Source: an uncultured Gammaproteobacteria bacterium
Lineage (GTDB): Bacteria > Patescibacteriota > Microgenomatia > Levybacterales > UBA12049
Direction: 5' to 3'
DNA: 64,000 nt
Assembly: GCA_964490105.1 (NCBI GenBank)
Contig: CAZAZU010000001.1
Coordinates: forward strand, 86,706 to 150,705
A program made the translations under genes and the position numbers. Under the pieces are notes generated by a model. That model saw only the letters and a program-made list of their open reading frames with translations. It made no database searches and was not told where the DNA came from. Shown here piece by piece: positions 38,985 to 51,303 of the stretch; within the stretch, counting starts at the first letter, position 1; each line of letters begins with the position of its first letter.

Positions 38985-39443
38985 CTATTTCTTTTTCGGT
39001 TCTGGAGCTCGTACAACTAAGGAGCGATTTATGTATACATCTGTGGGGATTTGCGGTTGACCGTTTTTATCAAGTCGTACCATTCCATCATTAATGCGAA
39101 TGTCAGGATCATCAGCGTTTAATTTAACTCGCACCCATGAGCCATTTTCAGCATAACCTGATACTTCAAATCTTTCTCCAATAGGAGCTTTTCCAATAGG
39201 AGCAGAAACAGTAGATGGACCGCCGCGAAGAGTTGCTCCTTCATTTTCTACTAGTTGATCCATGATTGCACTATTATAACTTCCAACCTTGACATGGGTT
39301 AAGGGTTTCGGTGCTTCTGGTAAAGGCGCTGCAAAGGAAAGGGTTGTGGAGAGCGCAACAGCTCCGACAGCTCGTCTGTGTCTAAAAGTGAACCTGGCAG
39401 CTTCAGCTATAGATTTTGGTATTGATCTTAATCTGTCTGACAT
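38985..39443 (-). CDS. secreted SH3b-domain protein (island B)
   Basis: 152 aa. Signal peptide with RR (RFTFRHRRAVGAVALSTTLSFAAP). SH3_3-like core ATLRGGPSTVSAPIGKAPIGERFEVSGYAENGSWVRV. Higher GC than flanks. Confidence 0.45.
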   Translation of the reverse strand: MSDRLRSIPKSIAEAARFTFRHRRAVGAVALSTTLSFAAPLPEAPKPLTHVKVGSYNSAIMDQLVENEGATLRGGPSTVSAPIGKAPIGERFEVSGYAENGSWVRVKLNADDPDIRINDGMVRLDKNGQPQIPTDVYINRSLVVRAPEPKKK

Positions 39444-39486
39444 AGGTGTATATTATAACTATAGGCTCTGGGTATGTCAAGTTAAA

Positions 39487-40260
39487 TTATGACTGTGGAT
39501 TTCCAACCTGGGTGGTTACAGAGTGTCCTGCGATTGATGCTATGCCAACTTGATCAGCAGGAACGACTGTTTCTCCAAGTTCATTTTTACCAGTTAGCTG
39601 ACCATTTTCGAATCGAGCACTTATTATACCGCCGCTTGAGTCAATGGGAGTGATATGAGAGTCTGTAGAACTACTGTGACTTATAAAGCCAACTGTCTTA
39701 GTGATGTCTCCTAAGGGGCTTTTGTGTTCAAGTTCTACTGCAAGCCAAGGAGCTTCTAGAATTCCAGACGAAGGATCGGTGGCCATGGCAATCGGTGTAT
39801 TCTCGATAATAAATGGGGTTTTTCCATCCCACGCAGTCCCATTAATTGATATTATATCGTTCATTTCGATATAATTGTCTCTTCCTTCTTGTCTATCATC
39901 AAAATCAGGCATATAAGGATCATGCCGGATTACTAAATCTTTTTCACCCTCTTTATGAATCTCAACAAGATACTTATTCGTATCAATTTGTTTAAGCATA
40001 CTATGATAGCTCTGAAAGGATTCTGCGGGAGGTTTACTAACCTCGTCAACTATATGTGCGACACCTGCTCCTCCGCCTGCAATTATTCCTAATGCCAGGG
40101 CTATGTTTCTAATTCTGTGACGCACGCTTGGGCCGTGGTCTTTAGATGATGTTATTCTTCTTGCCTGCTGAATCCTGGGATTGTTAGAGCTTACTTGATC
40201 GATTGATCTAAAAGCTCCTTGTGATGGTCTAATGTCTCGCCCATGTGATCCTTCTGGCAT
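39487..40260 (-). CDS. hypothetical membrane-anchored protein (island B)
   Basis: 257 aa. One TM (IALALGIIAGGGAGVAHIV) after a basic N-terminus. Confidence 0.35.
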   Translation of the reverse strand: MPEGSHGRDIRPSQGAFRSIDQVSSNNPRIQQARRITSSKDHGPSVRHRIRNIALALGIIAGGGAGVAHIVDEVSKPPAESFQSYHSMLKQIDTNKYLVEIHKEGEKDLVIRHDPYMPDFDDRQEGRDNYIEMNDIISINGTAWDGKTPFIIENTPIAMATDPSSGILEAPWLAVELEHKSPLGDITKTVGFISHSSSTDSHITPIDSSGGIISARFENGQLTGKNELGETVVPADQVGIASIAGHSVTTQVGNPQS

Positions 40261-40291
40261 GATTAATTTATATCATCCTTAGGATCTTATT

Positions 40292-40699
40292 TCAAACTTT
40301 TGGAAATTGAACCGGAACCTTTCTATCAACTTGAGTAAATAATTCCCACGCTTTGGCAAGTGAGGCTGGCCTTAAAACTCGAGAGTCTGGTTGACCTTGT
40401 CGATATTCGTACTCTGTTACATCTCTGCCATCTATGGCAATTCCTTTCATTTGCATGGGATTTTCAGTATCTGGGGTTTCAAAGAAATATACATATCTCG
40501 TCACATGCGGATGGTGCGTTAATCTTCCCTCAGTTATAACAGGTATGCTGCCAAGTCTTGTGCCAAGTACATTTACCGATCTTCCTCTTACGTCTTCATG
40601 ATCGTTCGTCATAGTAGAAGTAACTTTCTCAAGGATCCTATCGGTTAAAATTTTTGGATTACCTCTTTCGTGAATTGATATCGCTAACTCAGTAAACAT
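40292..40699 (-). CDS. hypothetical protein (island B)
   Basis: 135 aa. Own promoter TTGAAT-N17-TATAAT on the minus strand at 40708-40736, with an 8-nt leader. Confidence 0.35.
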   Translation of the reverse strand: MFTELAISIHERGNPKILTDRILEKVTSTMTNDHEDVRGRSVNVLGTRLGSIPVITEGRLTHHPHVTRYVYFFETPDTENPMQMKGIAIDGRDVTEYEYRQGQPDSRVLRPASLAKAWELFTQVDRKVPVQFPKV

Positions 40700-40707
40700 A
40701 AGTTGCC

Positions 40708-40736
40708 ATTATAAAGGATTAAGGTTGACTATTCAA
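40708..40736 (-). promoter_or_regulatory. sigma70-type promoter TTGAAT-N17-TATAAT for the 40292-40699 gene
   Basis: Overlaps a plus-strand TTGACT-N18-TATAAT (40725-40754) that points toward xer. Confidence 0.45.
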
Positions 40737-40989
40737 TTCCACGCGTCGTATAATTAATCAGCTGCGGTGATCATGATTGCTCCTTTTTACAACGCAAGCG
40801 TCGCAAAAAGGATCTGGCATAGCTAAATATAATAATTTATGAATTATAGCCTGCCCATAACTAGTAATAATCCTCGATATAGTCTGATCTACTTCGATAT
40901 AGAAATATTTCAAACGTGGCGCTCCTCCCCTATCTCTGCTAATCGACGTTTTTCTGGGAATTTAGCCTTGAATTTTATCTTATAGTATT

Positions 40990-41925
40990 ATGGAAGAAAA
41001 GCTTTTAAAGTACACTGAAGATTTTTTAGAGTATCTGGAGATCGAGAAAAACTGCAGTAAGCTCACGATCCGAGATTACAGGCATTATCTGGAGGTGTTT
41101 AGGATCTGGCATAAAGAGACAATTCCCACTAAAGAACTCGATAAATTGGACTTATCAGATATAAGAAAATACAGGGTTTATTTATCTAACAAGGTCGACG
41201 TTAAAGGTGCGGGGTTAAAGCGAGTTACTCAAAATTACTATATTATCGCCTTTCGCTCTTTCCTTAGATTCTTGATAAAAAATGACATCAAGACTCTTGA
41301 GCCATCAAAAATAGATCTCCCTAAGACGGAAAGCAGATCTTTGAAATTCCTGGAAAGAGAGCAAGTGGATAGGCTGGTAACCAGTCCTGATACTTCTAAA
41401 GAAGAAGGTGTTAGGGATAGAGCAATTATGGAACTTTTGTTCTCGACTGGCCTTCGTGTATCTGAACTTGTGAGTCTTAACCGCGATCAGATCAACTTAG
41501 AGCGAAAAGAGTTCGGAATAATAGGAAAAGGCAGGCGTTCAAGAATTGTGTTCGTTTCTGATAGAGCTGCGGAGTGGATACAAAAATACCTCAATCACAG
41601 GAAAGACGATTTTAAGCCTATGTTCATCCGGTATTCAGGGGCAGTAATTGAGGAGAATAATGGCGAGAGAATGAGGCTTACGGCTAGAAGCGTTGAGAGG
41701 ATTGTTAAGAAATATGTGAGGCAGGCCAGAATTCCTGTGGATGCTACGGTTCACACTTTGCGCCATAGTTTTGCGACAGACTTATTAACTAACGGCGCGG
41801 ATCTAAGATCGGTTCAGGAGATGCTGGGGCATAAGAATATAGCTACTACTCAGATTTATACTCACATAACAAATAAACAATTAAGAGAGGTTCATAAATC
41901 TTTCCATAGTGGAAATGATAAGTGA
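40990..41925 (+). CDS. XerC/XerD-family tyrosine site-specific recombinase
   Basis: 311 aa. N-terminal SAM-like core-binding domain (FLEYLEIEKNCSKLTIRDY). Catalytic motifs R...HxxR...Y (LRHSFATDLL...LGHKNIATTQIYTH). Confidence 0.8.
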   Translation: MEEKLLKYTEDFLEYLEIEKNCSKLTIRDYRHYLEVFRIWHKETIPTKELDKLDLSDIRKYRVYLSNKVDVKGAGLKRVTQNYYIIAFRSFLRFLIKNDIKTLEPSKIDLPKTESRSLKFLEREQVDRLVTSPDTSKEEGVRDRAIMELLFSTGLRVSELVSLNRDQINLERKEFGIIGKGRRSRIVFVSDRAAEWIQKYLNHRKDDFKPMFIRYSGAVIEENNGERMRLTARSVERIVKKYVRQARIPVDATVHTLRHSFATDLLTNGADLRSVQEMLGHKNIATTQIYTHITNKQLREVHKSFHSGNDK

Positions 41926-42067
41926 GGATTAATTTCTGCCGTCCATCTTTTTTCTATAGAAATTTACTTTACTTCTAGCACGAGAGGCAAGTTCGTAATC
42001 CCCTTTTAGGGTAGCTCTTACTTGAAGTAAAAATGCCCTTTGAAACTTCTGTTCGTCCTTAGACATA

Positions 42068-42844
42068 TTAATTTGTTTGATAAGTTAAAATTACAGTTAC
42101 CTCTACGTTACTTTCTCCGGGTGTAATGCTGCTTACTTCCCTTTCAGGATTCTGGATCAAAACATCCCCTCCTTGGGCAGTGTCCATTGCTTTAGTTGCC
42201 ATTGTGAATGGCATCGGGTATCCAGTTCCTGTTGATTCAGTGACGTTAATTATTTTTCCCAGTTTTATTCCAGATGCTTTTGCAAGTCCTTGAGCCGAAG
42301 CTTTAGCATTTTCGACAGCTTCTTTTCTAGCGGTATTCTTAAGCTCTAATTGCTTTTTGTCGTTAAGTTTAAATGAAATGTTTCCTACCATATTTGCGCC
42401 TGCCTCAGTTCCAGCATCGACTACTTGATTTGTCTTTCCGATTGGCACTTCTACTTCAAAATTTTGTGATACAGTGTAGCCGGTTATTCTCTGGTTATCT
42501 CCTGTGAAGCTGTAGTTTGGGTTTATTGAGTAATTTGTAGTTTTAATTTTTTCTTCTTCAACCCCTTGTGCCTTTAGGGCATTTATTATTTTAGTTGAGG
42601 CAGCATTTGCGCTATTTTGGGCCTGTTCTACATTAGTACCCTGAGTAGTGACGCCAAGGCTGATTAAAGCCTCGTCTGGGGCCGCTGAAGCCTTTCCTGT
42701 GCCGGTTGACTGGAATACGTCAGTTGTAGTTGTATTAATATTATTAACCGTGAATGGGATAGGGCCTAAAAATTTTGTATATACGAAAAGAAGAACGAAG
42801 AAAACTACAATTGCACCAATTAAATCAAAGCCCTTTTTTTCCAT
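42068..42844 (-). CDS. SIMPL-domain (DUF541) protein, membrane-anchored
   Basis: 258 aa. N-terminal TM, then a SIMPL-like secreted domain. Confidence 0.55.
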   Translation of the reverse strand: MEKKGFDLIGAIVVFFVLLFVYTKFLGPIPFTVNNINTTTTDVFQSTGTGKASAAPDEALISLGVTTQGTNVEQAQNSANAASTKIINALKAQGVEEEKIKTTNYSINPNYSFTGDNQRITGYTVSQNFEVEVPIGKTNQVVDAGTEAGANMVGNISFKLNDKKQLELKNTARKEAVENAKASAQGLAKASGIKLGKIINVTESTGTGYPMPFTMATKAMDTAQGGDVLIQNPEREVSSITPGESNVEVTVILTYQTN

Positions 42845-42900
42845 GGATATATATATCTAAGTACATATGTCAGGGCTTTGTCAAGTGGGGACAATCTAAT

Positions 42901-43335
42901 TTAAAGACTGCAGTCTACAGTAACGAAGTCATCTTTATATAATGCTTTTCCTTCGTTTTGTTCTTTCACAGATAAATAATATTTTCCTGTTCCGCATGTT
43001 CTTTTAGTTATTTTCCAATAACTGTCGTTATTCAAAACTTTAACTCTATTGGATTCAATTCCCATAACTACCACATCTTTTGCTTTAGGAATAGGTGCTT
43101 GGGTTGGTTTTTTCGTCGGTTCTGTTATTGCCGCTGAGGTAATTTTATTGGATTGATTTGAGCTTAGATTTGAAATTGCAAAAATCGAAACAGGTAGTAT
43201 GGCGAGAATTGCGACGAAAGAAATAGTAATTGCTAGCTTTCGCTTTTTAGTTCGTCCGGGTTTTTTTGGGTCTAAATAAATACTTTTATAATCTTCTCCC
43301 CAGTAGTTTATTTGAAAATCTTCATTTGCGCTCAT
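42901..43335 (-). CDS. hypothetical membrane-anchored protein
   Basis: 144 aa, single TM, C-terminal Cys pair. Confidence 0.35.
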   Translation of the reverse strand: MSANEDFQINYWGEDYKSIYLDPKKPGRTKKRKLAITISFVAILAILPVSIFAISNLSSNQSNKITSAAITEPTKKPTQAPIPKAKDVVVMGIESNRVKVLNNDSYWKITKRTCGTGKYYLSVKEQNEGKALYKDDFVTVDCSL

Positions 43336-43430
43336 TGTGCTCGAAATTCTAGCACACTATAAGTTGGGAAGTCAATATATTTTAGCTTGCTGTGTCAGTC
43401 TATATTTGCTTAATGCAATAACTACAAGAC

Positions 43431-44273
43431 TTATTTGATGGAATTTTCTGCGGCTTTAACTAAATTCTCCATGAGGCATGCCACATTTACCGGTCCTACT
43501 CCGCCGGGAGTTGGTGAATAAAAGCTTGCTACATTTTCTACATCTGAGCTATTATAATCCCCTCTTAATTTGCCGGTATCGTCCGTGTAAATACCCACAC
43601 CAATAAGAATCGCGCCTTTTTTAAATTGCTTTGTGGATAGAATTGTTTTTCCGACTGCTGTAATGATAATATCTGCTTCTTTTAACAGCTTTTCTTTGTT
43701 TTCTGTCTTTGAATCAATTACCTGAGGTTTTAATTTATGTTTTTTAAGTAAATCTATAATAGGTCTTCCTGCTGTCTCCCCTTTTCCGATAACTGCTATT
43801 TTTTTAGTTTTTAGCCATGTGGAAAATGCTCCTTTTGTATTTGTTTGCTCAAAGGCGTTTTTAATAAGAAGAAATGAAGCCTCGGCGACGGGAACTGGAT
43901 ATTTAGTATGTTTTCCAAACCCGTCAATTTCTTTTACTCCTGAAATAAGCTCAGTAAGTGCATCTGCATTAATGCCAGGAGCTGCAGGTCGCTGGATAAT
44001 TACGCCATGAATTTTAGGATTTTTATCTAATTTTTTAACAAGTTTTTCTAAATCTTTAATCGTGGTTTCATTTGTAACAGGAAAGACTTTTACTTTTGCT
44101 CCGATTTCTTCGGCTTTTACTCCTTTTTGGCGCACATAAATTTTAGAGGCTTCATTGTCGCCCATCAAAATTATGGCCATGGTTGGGGTAATTTTTTTCT
44201 TTTTGAGTTCTTCCACGCGTTGCTTGAGTTTTTCTAAGATTTCAGAGGAAATGGCTTTGCCGTCTAGTTTCAT
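43431..44273 (-). CDS. folD: bifunctional methylenetetrahydrofolate dehydrogenase/methenyl-THF cyclohydrolase
   Basis: 280 aa. Motifs YVRQK..., GKTAGRPI and PTPGGVGPV. Confidence 0.8.
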   Translation of the reverse strand: MKLDGKAISSEILEKLKQRVEELKKKKITPTMAIILMGDNEASKIYVRQKGVKAEEIGAKVKVFPVTNETTIKDLEKLVKKLDKNPKIHGVIIQRPAAPGINADALTELISGVKEIDGFGKHTKYPVPVAEASFLLIKNAFEQTNTKGAFSTWLKTKKIAVIGKGETAGRPIIDLLKKHKLKPQVIDSKTENKEKLLKEADIIITAVGKTILSTKQFKKGAILIGVGIYTDDTGKLRGDYNSSDVENVASFYSPTPGGVGPVNVACLMENLVKAAENSIK

Positions 44274-46735
44274 TATTCAACACAGGTGATAGCTGCGATT
44301 CTGTCTTCATTCTTTGAGAATCTCATTAAAATTACTCCTTGAGTTGCGCGGGATAGCTTTGGAATCGAATCTATTTCAAGTCTAACGACCTGGCCTTTAA
44401 TTGAAGTTATGATTACTTCTTTAGCATTTGGCGGAATAACTTGGCTTGACGCAACTTTTCCAGTCTTAGCAGTTACTTCAGCAATTTTAACTCCCATCCC
44501 TCCCCTACTCTGCGCGTTAAATTCCTTAACAAGAGTTTTCTTTCCGTATCCATTTTCCATGATTGTTAGAAGTTCAGGATTGTCTGCCTTTTTAACTACG
44601 TCCATACCGACTACTAAGTCATCTCCTGAGAGCTTGATTCCCCTTACTCCTCTTGTTGCTCTTCCAAGCGGACGAATAGATTTCTCATCAAATCTAATAC
44701 ATTTTCCATTTCGTGTATATACTAAAATGTCGTCAGCTCCAGTTGTTGGATTGCTCCATGCTAGCTCGTCACCTTTATCTAGTTTTATAGCCACAATTCC
44801 AGACTTTCTTATATTTTCGAATTCAGATTTAGCTGTTTTTTTAACAGTCCCATTCCTTGTTGCTAAGAACACATATTTGAATTCATCTCCCTTGTTATAT
44901 GTAATAAATGATTCAACTTTCTCTCCTGCTTCGATATTGATGAGATTTACAACTGCTGTACCCTTGCTGGTTCTTGAAGATTCATCTATTTCATAAGCTT
45001 TTGTTTGGTAAACCTTTCCTTTATTTGTAAAGAAAAGAATATTATCGTGAGTCATGGTGGAGCGGATGTTCATTATTCCGTCTTCATCTTTTGTAGTCAT
45101 TCCCTTTACTCCTTTTCCTCCTCTTTGTTGGGTTCTGAAACTAGTTAAGCTTTGTCTTTTAATGTAACCGGTCGTCGTAAGAGTTATAACAGTTGGTTCA
45201 TTTGGAATAAGATCTTCCTCTGAGAATTCGCCGACTTTTCCTTTGTAGACTTTAGTTCTTCTATCATCTGCGTATTTTTCTTTTAGATAATCTGATTCGT
45301 CTTTTACAATTTTAAGGATTTTTTCAGGATGAGCTAATAAATCCTCAAGATACGCGATAGTTTCTTTAACCATCTGATATTCGTCCTCGATTTTTTGCCT
45401 TTCAAGAGCCGCTAAGCGTCTAAGCTGAAGGTCAAGAATTGCAACGGATTGAAGCTCTGATAGCTTAAATTTCTTCATCAGGTTTTCCTTAGCGTCATCC
45501 TGTGTTTTTGATTCTCTAATTGTTTTAATTACAGCATCTAAATTATCTACTGCGATCTTAAGTCCTTCTAAGATGTGAAGTCTTGCCTTAGCTTGTTTTA
45601 ATTCAAACTCAGATCTTTTTCTGATAATTAAGTATCTATGCTTAATGTATTCCTCAAGAATTGTTTTAAGATTAAGGGTCTGAGGCGTGTTGTCGACAAG
45701 TGCGACTACATTTGCTGAGAAAGTAGTCTGAAGACTTGTGTATTTGAATAGATTGTTGAGGACCCTTTTTGGAGAAGAATCCCTTTTAAGTTCTACGACT
45801 ACTCGAATTCCGTGTCTGTCTGACTCGTCTCTAAGATCAGAGATTCCTTCAATTTTCTTTTCTTTAACGAGTTCAGCAATGCGCGCTACGAGAAGCGCTT
45901 TATTAACTTGATACGGAAGTTCCGTAATAATAACTGCAGATTTTCCCTGTCCGATTTCTTCTATTTCAGCTTTTCCGCGGATTAAAATTCTTCCGCGCCC
46001 TGTTGTGTAAACGTTTTTAATTTCCGCAATGTCATAGATACTACCTGCGGTTGGAAAATCCGGGCCTTTTATAAATTCTAAAAGTTCATCAACTGTCACG
46101 TCACTAGTTACTGTAAATGGATCAAGTGTAATTTTTGTTTTACCTATCATGTGATTAACTGCATCAATTACCTCGCCTAAATTATGCGGGGGAATTTTAG
46201 TAGCCATTCCGACAGCAATTCCTTCTGAGCCCATAAGTAAAAGATTTGGAAGCTTTGCAGGTAGGTAGGTTGGCTCCTGTATAGTGTCATCGAAATTTCC
46301 TGTAAAGGTTACTGTTTCCTTATCAATATCGGTAAGCATTTCTGTAGTAATTGCAGCCATTCTAGCTTCCGTATAACGCATAGCAGCTGGCGGGTCTCCA
46401 TCCATGGATCCAAAGTTTCCCTGGCCGTCAATTAGCGGGTATCTCATTGAGAAGTCTTGTGCGAGTCTCACAAGCGCATCATAAATAGCTGTGTCTCCAT
46501 GCGGATGGAATTTTCCCATTACTTCTCCGACAATCTTTGCGCTCTTTGAATATTTTGCACTGTGTCCTAAATTAAGTTCGTCCATCGCGAAAAGAATTCT
46601 ACGATGCACTGGTTTTAATCCGTCTCTAACATCTGGGAGTGCGCGGGAGACTATAACTGACATTGCGTAATCCAAATACGCACGTTTCATTTCTTCTGAT
46701 ATTCCGGTCTGGTGAAGTTTTCCTATGTCGGCCAT
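44273..46735 (-). CDS. gyrA: DNA gyrase subunit A
   Basis: 820 aa. AAMRYTE active-site Tyr region. C-terminal beta-pinwheel repeats. Confidence 0.9.
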   Translation of the reverse strand: MADIGKLHQTGISEEMKRAYLDYAMSVIVSRALPDVRDGLKPVHRRILFAMDELNLGHSAKYSKSAKIVGEVMGKFHPHGDTAIYDALVRLAQDFSMRYPLIDGQGNFGSMDGDPPAAMRYTEARMAAITTEMLTDIDKETVTFTGNFDDTIQEPTYLPAKLPNLLLMGSEGIAVGMATKIPPHNLGEVIDAVNHMIGKTKITLDPFTVTSDVTVDELLEFIKGPDFPTAGSIYDIAEIKNVYTTGRGRILIRGKAEIEEIGQGKSAVIITELPYQVNKALLVARIAELVKEKKIEGISDLRDESDRHGIRVVVELKRDSSPKRVLNNLFKYTSLQTTFSANVVALVDNTPQTLNLKTILEEYIKHRYLIIRKRSEFELKQAKARLHILEGLKIAVDNLDAVIKTIRESKTQDDAKENLMKKFKLSELQSVAILDLQLRRLAALERQKIEDEYQMVKETIAYLEDLLAHPEKILKIVKDESDYLKEKYADDRRTKVYKGKVGEFSEEDLIPNEPTVITLTTTGYIKRQSLTSFRTQQRGGKGVKGMTTKDEDGIMNIRSTMTHDNILFFTNKGKVYQTKAYEIDESSRTSKGTAVVNLINIEAGEKVESFITYNKGDEFKYVFLATRNGTVKKTAKSEFENIRKSGIVAIKLDKGDELAWSNPTTGADDILVYTRNGKCIRFDEKSIRPLGRATRGVRGIKLSGDDLVVGMDVVKKADNPELLTIMENGYGKKTLVKEFNAQSRGGMGVKIAEVTAKTGKVASSQVIPPNAKEVIITSIKGQVVRLEIDSIPKLSRATQGVILMRFSKNEDRIAAITCVE

Positions 46736-46790
46736 TCGTTATAGTTTAGTTAAATTTTTTGGACAGTTCATATTGAAACTTTTCTAGGTT

Positions 46791-48830
46791 TTATACTAGA
46801 AATGAGGCAATTAATAATGCAACAATGTTCAATACTTTGATCATTGGGTTAATTGCCGGGCCTGCTGTGTCTTTATAAGGATCTCCAACTGTATCTCCTG
46901 TTACCGCTGCAGCGTGCGCAAAGCTACCCTTTCCTCCGAATTTACCTTCTTCAATATATTTCTTAGTGTTATCCCAGGCAGCTCCACCTGTGGTCATTGA
47001 AATTCCTACGAATAGTCCTGTTACGATTGAACCGATTAGTAGTCCTCCAAGTGCTTTTGGACCTAGTAAAAATCCTACTAAAATAGGTGCTACAACTGGA
47101 ATTAATGCTGGAACAATCATCTGTTTTATGGCTGCAGTTGTAACGATGTCTACTGCTTTTGCATACTCTGGTTTTGCTTTTCCGGTCATAATGCCTTTAA
47201 TTTCTTTAAACTGGCGTCTAACTTCATCAACTACTGCAACTGATGCTTTTCCAACTGCTTCCATGGCTAGAGCTCCGAAGAAATATGGAAGTGCTCCTCC
47301 GATGAAAAGTCCGATGATAACTCTTGGATCAGATAGCGTAAATGAAGCAGCGGTGATGCTGCCGCCAAGATGAACTAATTCTTCTGTGTAGCTTGCAAAT
47401 AATACTAAAGCTGCAAGTCCCGCTGAGCCAATAGCATAAGCTTTAGTCACAGCTTTGGTGGTATTTCCTACGGCATCAAGCGGATCCGTAACGTTTCTTA
47501 CTTTTTCTGGAAGTCCTGACATCTCAACAATTCCGCCGGCATTATCAGTGATTGGTCCGAAAGCGTCAATCGCAACAACTATTCCAGTAAGTGAAAGCAT
47601 CGACATAGCTGCAATTGCGATTCCATATAATCCTGCTAATTCATATGCGACTAATGTTCCTGCTGAGATAAGTAAGATTGGAAGTAATGTGGATTTCATA
47701 GAGATCGCGAGTCCAGCAATAACATTTGTTCCTGATCCTGTATTTGATGCCTCAGCAATCGTTCTAACTGGAGAGAATTTTTTGGATGTATAGAATTCTG
47801 TAATGGCAACGAGTCCAATTGTAATTACGAGTCCTACAATTGAGGAGATAAATAATGACATGCTTGAAACATCTCCTAGTCCATTTGGGAAAAGAAGATT
47901 TGTTAAGAAATAAAATCCTGCTAATGCTAAAAGAGCTGAAACGATAAGTCCTTGATAGAGAGCTGCCATGATAGCTTTTCCTCTAACTCTTACAAACCAG
48001 GTTCCTATAATACTTGTTACGATTGATATGGCTCCGATTAATAGCGGATAAAGAAGTACTGTTTGATTTCCTCTGAATGCTAGATCTCCAAGAATCATTG
48101 CGGCAACAGCTGTAATTACATATGTTTCAAAAAGATCCGCTGCCATTCCCGCGTCATCTCCGACGTTATCCCCTACCAAATCAGCGATAACTCCTGGATT
48201 TCTAGGATCGTCTTCTGGAATTCCTTTTTCAATTTTTCCTACCATGTCAGTTCCAACGTCAGCAGATTTTGTAAAAATTCCTCCGCCTAGTCTAGCGAAC
48301 ACTGAAATAAGAGAGCCTCCGAATCCTAGCGCGATTAATGGCTGGAGATTTGGTGTTGAATCCTGAGAGCTAAGGAATAGATAAAAGCCTGTAACAGAGA
48401 CCAAAGCAAGCCCGCAAACCATAAGTCCCGTTACCGCTCCGCCTTTAAACGCCATTCCAAACGCTTCTTTTAATCCTTTTTTTGCAGCCTCAGCAGTGCG
48501 AATATTACTTCTCACGGCTATTCCCATTCCAAAAATTCCAGCTACTGAGGAAAGGATAGCGCCGATTGCAAAACCAATTGCGGTATATGAACCAAATACG
48601 AAGTAAAGGCCTGCAAGCATGACGATTCCAATTCCTGCAATTACTAAATATTGTTTTTTCATGTAGGCATTTGCGCCTTCAGAAATTGCGTCAGCGATTG
48701 CATTCATTTTTTCGTCACCGCGGGGATTTCTAAGAATTACTAAGCTTAAATATGCTCCGTAAATTATAGAAAGAAGACCTGCCCCCAAGCAGATCATTAA
48801 TGCATTATTAAGAATAAATGATAAGTCCAT
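46791..48830 (-). CDS. hppA: membrane-bound H+/Na+-translocating pyrophosphatase
   Basis: 679 aa, about 16 TM helices. GDNVGD and [18 protein letters not shown] signatures. Confidence 0.9.
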   Translation of the reverse strand: MDLSFILNNALMICLGAGLLSIIYGAYLSLVILRNPRGDEKMNAIADAISEGANAYMKKQYLVIAGIGIVMLAGLYFVFGSYTAIGFAIGAILSSVAGIFGMGIAVRSNIRTAEAAKKGLKEAFGMAFKGGAVTGLMVCGLALVSVTGFYLFLSSQDSTPNLQPLIALGFGGSLISVFARLGGGIFTKSADVGTDMVGKIEKGIPEDDPRNPGVIADLVGDNVGDDAGMAADLFETYVITAVAAMILGDLAFRGNQTVLLYPLLIGAISIVTSIIGTWFVRVRGKAIMAALYQGLIVSALLALAGFYFLTNLLFPNGLGDVSSMSLFISSIVGLVITIGLVAITEFYTSKKFSPVRTIAEASNTGSGTNVIAGLAISMKSTLLPILLISAGTLVAYELAGLYGIAIAAMSMLSLTGIVVAIDAFGPITDNAGGIVEMSGLPEKVRNVTDPLDAVGNTTKAVTKAYAIGSAGLAALVLFASYTEELVHLGGSITAASFTLSDPRVIIGLFIGGALPYFFGALAMEAVGKASVAVVDEVRRQFKEIKGIMTGKAKPEYAKAVDIVTTAAIKQMIVPALIPVVAPILVGFLLGPKALGGLLIGSIVTGLFVGISMTTGGAAWDNTKKYIEEGKFGGKGSFAHAAAVTGDTVGDPYKDTAGPAINPMIKVLNIVALLIASFLV

Positions 48831-48989
48831 CCCGTTTAGAAGTAGATCGCTATCTACTTAAAATTTCCCTTCTTTATTTTTTATTATTTTCATAAAATAC
48901 TTTGTCCAGATTAGAAATCAGATGCGATCGCGACTTCTAACGGGATCCATAAAAAAGTATTATAGCAATATTAGCCTGAATCCTCAATA

Positions 48990-50993
<2,004 letters not shown>

Positions 50994-51036
50994 TTATAGA
51001 CTATATTAGCAAAAAAAACGACTACTTTCCAGATCT

Positions 51037-51279
51037 TTAACTATGATCAGGTAAACCCTCTTGAGCTTTAATTTCTCGAATAAATCCAGTTAATGTTTGT
51101 CTGTCGCCGCGCGTAGCCCATAATTCATTTACGATTTCTTTTCTTAATCTAGCTGGTGCTTGATCACCTACTATACTCGTTAAGCTTTCAAGGCGTTTTG
51201 GTGCCCAAGTCGCAACAGGCGTTCTAACCACAGTTGATTTGTCGGGAGTTTTTCTCGTAGCCCAATTCATTCTTTCCAT
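51037..51279 (-). CDS. small hypothetical protein immediately upstream of gyrB
   Basis: 80 aa. A TATAAT lies 7 nt upstream of the ATG. TAGCCTCAA (rc of TTGAGGCTA) sits where the -35 would be. Confidence 0.3.
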   Translation of the reverse strand: MERMNWATRKTPDKSTVVRTPVATWAPKRLESLTSIVGDQAPARLRKEIVNELWATRGDRQTLTGFIREIKAQEGLPDHS

Positions 51280-51303
51280 CGGGGTATTATATCAAACTTG
51301 AGG

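Noticed and set aside
8262-40989. The two 28-bp near-identical elements as attL/attR of one 32-kb mobile element
   Set aside because: The intervening DNA is core housekeeping (rpsF-ssb-rpsR, hisS, dnaB, efp, murB). Shared promoter/operator module is the simpler reading.
37900-42100. Replication terminus inferred from convergent gene orientation around the xer gene
   Set aside because: Strand switches are frequent throughout the window (about 12.2, 20.1, 27.8 and 53.6 kb), so orientation alone is not informative; retained only as part of the Xer/dif hypothesis.
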